Below the pieces are notes generated by a model. The model did not search any database. It was not told the DNA's origin and worked only from the letters and a program-made list of their open reading frames with translations. A DNA stretch of 64,000 bases from Pseudomonadota bacterium (GTDB taxonomy: Bacteria > Bdellovibrionota_B > Oligoflexia > Oligoflexales > CAIYRB01). The stretch covers positions 184,614 to 248,613 of the forward strand of contig JAPLFY010000031.1 in NCBI GenBank assembly GCA_026390435.1, given 5' to 3'. Shown one piece after another: positions 58,682-64,000 of the stretch (the stretch's first letter is position 1; each line of letters starts with the position of its first letter). The translations under genes were made by a program, and so were the position numbers.

Positions 58682-59290
58682 ATGACTAACCTCCTTCTCG
58701 CAGCACTCATCTTGATGGACCTTGGCCTGATAGTGGCCGTATACCTGTTAAGCCGCCGTCGCGAGACCCATCTCGAGCTCGTCGAAGAGCTGACTGAGGA
58801 GCGTCGTCTACTGGCCGAGCTTCGCACCGTGGTGCAGGAGGAGCTGGAAGCTGCGCAAGCAAAAGCACGCAGTACTTTAGACAAGGCAGTGCGCCTCGCC
58901 ACCGAGGCAGAGCAAGAGGTCAAGGCGGGTGGTCAGACTATAGCCAAGGAAATGGAACTGGTGGTTGCGGAACTTACGGACCGGTTTTCTGATCCCCTCA
59001 AAGAATTGTCCCGCAAACAGTCATATTTGGAGAATTTGCTGCGTCGCGTGGAAGACGAAAAGACCAGCCTTCAAAAACTGTTAGCCCGCGGTGAGAAAAT
59101 CTGCCGCTTCTTCGACAACAGAGTACCCTACGAAGAAGTGCTCGCAGAGATTGAAGACAAGAAATATGCCGATGCCCGCCTACTGCTGGCCAGAGGGAAA
59201 GCACCAGGCGCCGTGGCAACGGAACTCGGAATGAGTGAAACCGAAGTCAGACTGGTAGCCGGGTTGTCCAGCCAATCACTGTCGCCCTAG
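58682..59290 (+). CDS. membrane-anchored coiled-coil protein with C-terminal HTH-like segment (DUF2802-like)
   Basis: 202 aa. N-terminal TM, long charged helices. C-terminus ARGKAPGAVATELGMSETEVRLVAGL. Confidence 0.45.
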   Translation: MTNLLLAALILMDLGLIVAVYLLSRRRETHLELVEELTEERRLLAELRTVVQEELEAAQAKARSTLDKAVRLATEAEQEVKAGGQTIAKEMELVVAELTDRFSDPLKELSRKQSYLENLLRRVEDEKTSLQKLLARGEKICRFFDNRVPYEEVLAEIEDKKYADARLLLARGKAPGAVATELGMSETEVRLVAGLSSQSLSP

Positions 59291-59306
59291 CCACATTAGC
59301 TGCGCC

Positions 59307-60092
59307 TTAGGCAGCGAAAAAGTCGGCGACAAGCTTGTACAGTTCGCGGGGTCGCTCTGCCAGCAGCAGGTGTCCTGCTCCAGGCAGGAGTGCCAACTGG
59401 GCTCCCTTGATCGCGGCGGCCAGCTCCTCGGCCGAGGGTACCGGGATAATTTTGTCCTCCTCGCCGTGGATCACTAGAGTCGGGACGCTGATCCGGGCTG
59501 TGCTAGCGCTTAAGTCCAAATTTGCCATGGCCTCTCTTTGCATATCGCTCAAACGGGCAAAGTCGCCCTCAGCGACTGACTTCGCGATTTGTTTCGCCAT
59601 ACCACGAATCAATAGGGAGTTCCGCTGGGCGAAGTCGGCAGTAAAGTAAGGCAGGAGTTTGGCCTCTACAGTGAACGGGTCGTTGGTCCATGGCTGGTCA
59701 TCGCGGCGAATGTGCTGTTGATTCATGGCCGTGGACACCAGGACCAAACCGGCCACCCGAGCCGCCTTTTCGACTGCCAATGCCTGGGCAATAAAGCCGC
59801 CCATGGAGATGCCCAAAAGTCGGGTTCTGGCCACTGCCTCGGCCTCCCAGAGGGCTCCAACATCACTAACCATGTCCGCCATGGAGAAGGGTGCCAAGGT
59901 CTTGGTTTGGCCCGCTCCACGGTTATCGAGTACCAGGACCCGCCAACCACGCCCGAGTAGATACCGGCCAAAAAGGCGGAAGTCGCTCAGCGACCGGTTG
60001 TGCCCATTGATTAGGGTCACCCACTGACCGTCTTCGCCCCAAACCTCATAGTTCAATTCGGCTCCTGGTCTGCTCAGCTGCGGCACTTTCAC
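59307..60092 (-). CDS. alpha/beta hydrolase
   Basis: 261 aa. Nucleophile elbow GISMGG. C-terminal GAGHLLL with the catalytic His. Confidence 0.75.
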   Translation of the reverse strand: MKVPQLSRPGAELNYEVWGEDGQWVTLINGHNRSLSDFRLFGRYLLGRGWRVLVLDNRGAGQTKTLAPFSMADMVSDVGALWEAEAVARTRLLGISMGGFIAQALAVEKAARVAGLVLVSTAMNQQHIRRDDQPWTNDPFTVEAKLLPYFTADFAQRNSLLIRGMAKQIAKSVAEGDFARLSDMQREAMANLDLSASTARISVPTLVIHGEEDKIIPVPSAEELAAAIKGAQLALLPGAGHLLLAERPRELYKLVADFFAA

Positions 60093-60281
60093 CCCCGTTG
60101 GCCTTGGTTCCGCTCCTTCTTATCATAGTGATTTGTGTTTGGCGGCACTGTCCTAACATGTGACCGTCACGCTGATTTTCTGCTTGAGAAAAAAACTTTA
60201 TCGGTCATCCCTTGCCCAGTTTCTGAATTCAGCTAGGATCGCGTTCTCGGTGAAGAGCCCAGACCTCATGGGTTCCAAGGA

Positions 60282-60329
60282 ACACCACAGATAGTGGTTG
60301 ACGCTACAATACGGCACTAGATATGCTGC
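60282..60329 (+). promoter_or_regulatory. tandem NrdR-box-like sites upstream of nrdAB
   Basis: ACACCACAGATAGTGG (60282-60297) and GCACTAGATATGCTGC (60314-60329) match acaCwAtATaTwGtgt at about 12/16 and 11/16, offset 32 bp. TTGACG -35-like hexamer at 60298-60303. Confidence 0.45.
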
Positions 60330-60481
60330 TTAGAGAGCAGTCTGCCCTATCTAATCAAAGGCATATACCAGCTTCCCAGGGTCTTTATTGGTCTGGTGGG
60401 GAGCCTGCGTAAGACTTTGCCTTGGATCCCCCTGGACAGACCTTGAACCGACCGACTGCAGTTCCGAATTTGGAGGTCCCG

Positions 60482-62887
60482 ATGAATCAGCAAAATCCAA
60501 TTCCTGCTCCCGCTATGCAGAGTCTCCAGCGCTCAGCTCTGGTCAACAAGGCTGCCCAAGCTGGTGCCGTTGACCCCACTCTTCGTGTTCGCAAGCGCGA
60601 CGGACACCTTGAGACGGTCGATCCGCTACAAATTGTTCTCAAGGTCGCTAGGGCCGCCGAGGGCTTACCTAATATCGATCCCCAGCTGGTGGCCGACAAA
60701 GCTATCCGCGGCATCTACGACGGTGTGTGCACCACAGAACTGGACGCCTTGCTGATTAGCAATGCAGCCATGATGATCGCCGAAGAACCAGAATACTCCA
60801 AGCTGGCAGCCCGCTTACTCGACGTCTATCTCGCCAAAGAGGTGTACATCGTCCGTGGCATAGAATCGTTCTACGAATCGATCATGGCCGGCTACCGTGT
60901 CGGAATCATCGCGCCCTCGACCTACGAGTTCGTTCGTCAACACGCACACGCCCTAAATAAGGCGATCAACCGCAAAAGCTCCAATAATTTTGAGTACTTT
61001 GGATTGCGCACGGTCTACGACCGTTACTTATTGCGGGACCCCAAAAGCCGCGACGTAATCGAAACCGCTCAGTATTTCTTTATGCGGGTGGCTTGCGGCC
61101 TGTCGACCAATGTCGACGAGGCCATTCGCTTTTACAACCTGATCTCGTCATTTGAGTACATGCCGTCGACTCCGACTCTGTTCAACTCCGGCACCGCGCA
61201 CCAGCAAATGAGTTCGTGCTACTTGCTGGATAGCCCGACCGACGATCTCGGTTCGATCTATGACAAATATCGCGATGTGGCGATGCTGTCCAAATTCGCT
61301 GGCGGTATCGGCCTTGCCTACCACCGGGTACGGGCTCGTGGCTCGCTCATCCGCGGCACCAACGGCATGTCTAACGGCATCATCCCGTTCCTCAAGACGC
61401 TGGATTCGTCAGTAGCAGCCGTAAATCAAGGCGGAAAAAGAAAAGGTGCTGCCTGTATCTACCTAGAGACCTGGCATGCAGATGTCATGGATTTCTTGCA
61501 ATTACGTAACAATACTGGTGATGAAGCATCACGTACTCACAATCTAAATCTAGCTAACTGGATCCCGGATCTGTTCATGAAGCGGTTGAAAACGGACGAG
61601 CAGTGGTCCCTCTTCGATCCCCACGACGTACCGCATCTGCCAGACCTCTACGGCGCTGAATTTGAGGCGGCTTATGTCGAAGCCGAAAAGGCGGGCTTAG
61701 CCAAGAAGCAGGTCAAGACTCGTGAGCTATATGCATTAATGATGAAGACCTTAGCCCAGACGGGCAACGGTTGGATCACCTTCAAAGACGCCTCTAACAT
61801 CAAGTCCAATCAGACGGGTGTAGGCGAAAACGTTATCCATCTGTCCAATTTGTGCACCGAAATCCTTGAAGTGACGTCTGATCGCGAAACGGCAGTCTGT
61901 AACTTAGGTTCCCTCAACCTGGCCCGCTATGTCATCGACGGACATTTCGACTACGAGAAGCTCGCGGCCAATGTGAAGCTGGCAGTACGCTATCTGGACC
62001 GCGTCATAGACATCAATTTTTATCCGATCCCACAAGCTAAAGTGTCTAATGACCGCTGGCGTCCAGTCGGACTCGGCATTATGGGGCTACAAGATGTCTT
62101 TTTCCGCCTAAAACTTCCTTTTGATGCGCCAGCAGCGCGAGCGGTCTCGGCCCGCATTCAGGAAGTGATTTACTACAATGCGCTCAAGACAAGCTGCGAC
62201 CTCGCCAAAGAGCTGGGTGCTCACAGCAACTTTAATGAGACTCGCGCGGCTAAAGGCGACCTCCAATTTGATTTATGGGGCGTCAAACCGAGCCTGCCGG
62301 AATGGGAAGCGTTACGCGCAGACATTCGCGCGCATGGTCTCCGCAATTCACTACTGATCGCAGTTGCACCCACCGCCACTATCGCCTCGATAGTCGGTGC
62401 CTATGAATGTATTGAACCGCAAATTTCTAACCAGTTTAAGCGAGAAACGCTATCAGGGGAGTTCTTGCAGATTAACTCCTACCTGGTAGACGACCTGCGC
62501 CGTATTGGCCTGTGGAACAAGTCAATTCGCGCCAAGATCAAGCTGAACGAAGGCTCGATCCAAAATATCGACGAAATCTCGGACGAGATTAAGCAAATTT
62601 ATCGCACCGTTTGGGAAATCCCGATGAGGTCTTTGATTGATATGGCAGCAGAACGCGGCCCTTACATCGACCAAAGTCAGTCGCTAAATTTGTTCATGGA
62701 AAATCCAACGATCGGAAAAGTATCTTCGATGTATGCCTATGCCTGGGAAAAGGGTCTCAAGACCACTTACTACCTACGCTCACGCTCCGCGACGAAGATC
62801 GAAAAGACCACGGTATCAAATTACACCGAAGAAGAAGCGGTTGCTTGCTCTCTCGAAAACCCAGAAGCTTGTGAGGCGTGCCAATGA
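60482..62887 (+). CDS. nrdA: class I ribonucleoside-diphosphate reductase alpha subunit
   Basis: ATG 60482 with a GGAGG SD (the ORF track starts at TTG 60422). ATP-cone-like RKRDGHLETV. Active-site NLCTEI. C-terminal Cys pair CEAC. Confidence 0.93.
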   Translation: MNQQNPIPAPAMQSLQRSALVNKAAQAGAVDPTLRVRKRDGHLETVDPLQIVLKVARAAEGLPNIDPQLVADKAIRGIYDGVCTTELDALLISNAAMMIAEEPEYSKLAARLLDVYLAKEVYIVRGIESFYESIMAGYRVGIIAPSTYEFVRQHAHALNKAINRKSSNNFEYFGLRTVYDRYLLRDPKSRDVIETAQYFFMRVACGLSTNVDEAIRFYNLISSFEYMPSTPTLFNSGTAHQQMSSCYLLDSPTDDLGSIYDKYRDVAMLSKFAGGIGLAYHRVRARGSLIRGTNGMSNGIIPFLKTLDSSVAAVNQGGKRKGAACIYLETWHADVMDFLQLRNNTGDEASRTHNLNLANWIPDLFMKRLKTDEQWSLFDPHDVPHLPDLYGAEFEAAYVEAEKAGLAKKQVKTRELYALMMKTLAQTGNGWITFKDASNIKSNQTGVGENVIHLSNLCTEILEVTSDRETAVCNLGSLNLARYVIDGHFDYEKLAANVKLAVRYLDRVIDINFYPIPQAKVSNDRWRPVGLGIMGLQDVFFRLKLPFDAPAARAVSARIQEVIYYNALKTSCDLAKELGAHSNFNETRAAKGDLQFDLWGVKPSLPEWEALRADIRAHGLRNSLLIAVAPTATIASIVGAYECIEPQISNQFKRETLSGEFLQINSYLVDDLRRIGLWNKSIRAKIKLNEGSIQNIDEISDEIKQIYRTVWEIPMRSLIDMAAERGPYIDQSQSLNLFMENPTIGKVSSMYAYAWEKGLKTTYYLRSRSATKIEKTTVSNYTEEEAVACSLENPEACEACQ

Positions 62888-63882
62888 TGCTACTAGATCC
62901 CGGAATGAATCTCACATTGCGACCTATGCGTTACCCGTTATTTTACGAGATGTATCGCAACGCGATTAAAAACACCTGGACTGTGGACGAGGTAGATTTC
63001 TCGATGGACGTCGGAGACCTGCAGCGCATGCAGCCATCCGAGCGACACCTTATCCATAGGCTAGTGGCTTTCTTCGCCACGGGCGACTCGATCGTCTCCA
63101 ACAATCTAGTGCTGAATCTTTATAAGCACATCAACTCTCCTGAAGCGCGGATGTATCTGTCCCGGCAACTTTATGAAGAGGCGTTGCATGTTCAGTTCTA
63201 TCTGACGCTGCTCGACACCTATCTTGAGGACGAGAAGTCGCGAGCTGAGGCCTTTGCTGCGATCGAAAATATTCCATCAATTCAGCAAAAAGGCGCCTTC
63301 TGCCTGAAGTGGATGGATTCCATCAATAAATTGGACCGGCTCGAGACCAAAGACGACCGCCGCCAATTCTTGTTAAATCTGATCTGCTTTGCCGCCTGTA
63401 TCGAAGGCCTGTTCTTCTTCGCCGCCTTTGCTTACGTGTACTTCCTTCGCTCTAAAGGTCTGTTGCACGGTTTGGCTGGGGGTACTAATTGGGTGTTCCG
63501 TGATGAAAGCTGTCACATGAATTTTGCCTTCAATGTGATCAAGCAAGTCCGGACAGAAGAACCAGATCTATTCGATGCTGATTTGAATCGTAAGATCATC
63601 ACGATGATTGATGAAGCCATCGAGTGCGAGATGGTCTTCGCTGAAGACGTACTATCTCTCGGTGTGGCTGGCCTCTCGACACGTGATATGCGCCAATATC
63701 TGCAATATGTCGCAGACCAGCGGCTATCGGCCTTACTCATCCCACCGGTATACAACGCACGCAATCCGTTCAGCTTCTTGGAGTTGCAGGACGTTCAAGA
63801 GTTAGCCAACTTCTTTGAGCGCCGTGTCTCTTCCTATCAAGTCGGCGTCAGCGGCGACGTTGCCTTCAACGAAGACTTCTAA
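62884..63882 (+). CDS. nrdB: ribonucleoside-diphosphate reductase beta subunit
   Basis: Di-iron ExxH motifs (EEALH, DESCH). ATGA overlap with the nrdA stop. Confidence 0.9.
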   Translation: MMLLDPGMNLTLRPMRYPLFYEMYRNAIKNTWTVDEVDFSMDVGDLQRMQPSERHLIHRLVAFFATGDSIVSNNLVLNLYKHINSPEARMYLSRQLYEEALHVQFYLTLLDTYLEDEKSRAEAFAAIENIPSIQQKGAFCLKWMDSINKLDRLETKDDRRQFLLNLICFAACIEGLFFFAAFAYVYFLRSKGLLHGLAGGTNWVFRDESCHMNFAFNVIKQVRTEEPDLFDADLNRKIITMIDEAIECEMVFAEDVLSLGVAGLSTRDMRQYLQYVADQRLSALLIPPVYNARNPFSFLELQDVQELANFFERRVSSYQVGVSGDVAFNEDF

Positions 63883-63905
63883 GAGAATTCAGCATTTCAA
63901 ATTAA

Positions 63906-63938
63906 AGGCCCCAGACGTTAAGAAAACGGCTGGGGCCT
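63906..63938. terminator. hairpin after nrdB, possibly a bidirectional terminator
   Basis: AGGCCCCAG/CTGGGGCCT with inner CGTT/AACG. The T-rich tract is on the minus-strand side only. Confidence 0.6.
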
Positions 63939-63960
63939 GATTCATTGAGAACTGAAAGAG

Positions 63961-64000
63961 TTAGCAACTCGCCTTGGCCTCAATCTCCGGCAGACTGGCA
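63961..64000 (-). CDS. possible 3' end of a minus-strand gene running in from beyond the window
   Basis: Reverse frame reads ...ASLPEIEAKASC then TAA at 63961-63963, 23 nt from the hairpin. Too short to identify. Confidence 0.25.
   Translation of the reverse strand, partial: ASLPEIEAKASC

Noticed and set aside
60093-60481. Riboswitch (for example cobalamin) in the 390-nt nrdA leader
   Set aside because: The enzyme is a class I NrdAB pair, not a B12-dependent or B12-regulated alternative. I could not recognise a conserved riboswitch core. NrdR-like DNA boxes explain the conserved-looking part.
1-64000. Search for CRISPR arrays, tRNA, rRNA, tmRNA
   Set aside because: Every gap over 150 bp was read. 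None shows a regular repeat-spacer pattern, a GTTCGAATC-type T-arm with an acceptor stem, or an rRNA-like sequence. Coding density leaves no room for an array.

Overview
Dense (~90% coding), roughly 50% GC chromosomal segment from a Gram-negative, polar-flagellated bacterium. By motif-level impression it looks Bdellovibrionota/deltaproteobacteria-like, but I cannot verify that here. I recognise about 57 protein genes and see no rRNA, tRNA or CRISPR array. Gene order, left to right: glmS (partial)-glmU, a HEAT-like protein, a VOC protein, hslO, alr, and two secreted unknowns flanking a 10% GC island. Next come rpmH (absent from the ORF track)-rnpA-yidD-yidC-jag-mnmE, a secreted S15-like hydrolase, a Ski2-like and a DEAD-box helicase, a GYF protein, an aldehyde dehydrogenase, a phosphohexomutase, a beta-barrel, ssb, a lipoprotein, smc, a lipoprotein, Omp85, hldD, polA, a secreted DRGH nuclease and xthA. 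Then a complete IS607-family element (serine recombinase tnpA + tnpB), tatB-lysA, and sodB-cytochrome c-two paralogous barrels. A 13 kb flagellar block follows (fliLMNOPQR-flhBAFG-fliA-cheY-PilZ-like-DUF2802-like), then an alpha/beta hydrolase and nrdAB with NrdR-like boxes. Most of the window is core housekeeping. The only clearly accessory DNA, and my best candidate for a 'system', is the IS607 element: its TnpB keeps an intact RuvC triad and zinc finger and is followed by structured sequence that could be an omega RNA. Secondary oddities are a FliO fused to a large periplasmic domain, His-rich 21-bp tandem repeats in fliL, a PilZ-like gene in the slot after cheY, a C-terminally truncated GlmU, an aldehyde dehydrogenase lacking the general-base Glu, and a four-module Cys-pair secreted protein. 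All family calls come from reading motifs by eye; no database search was possible.
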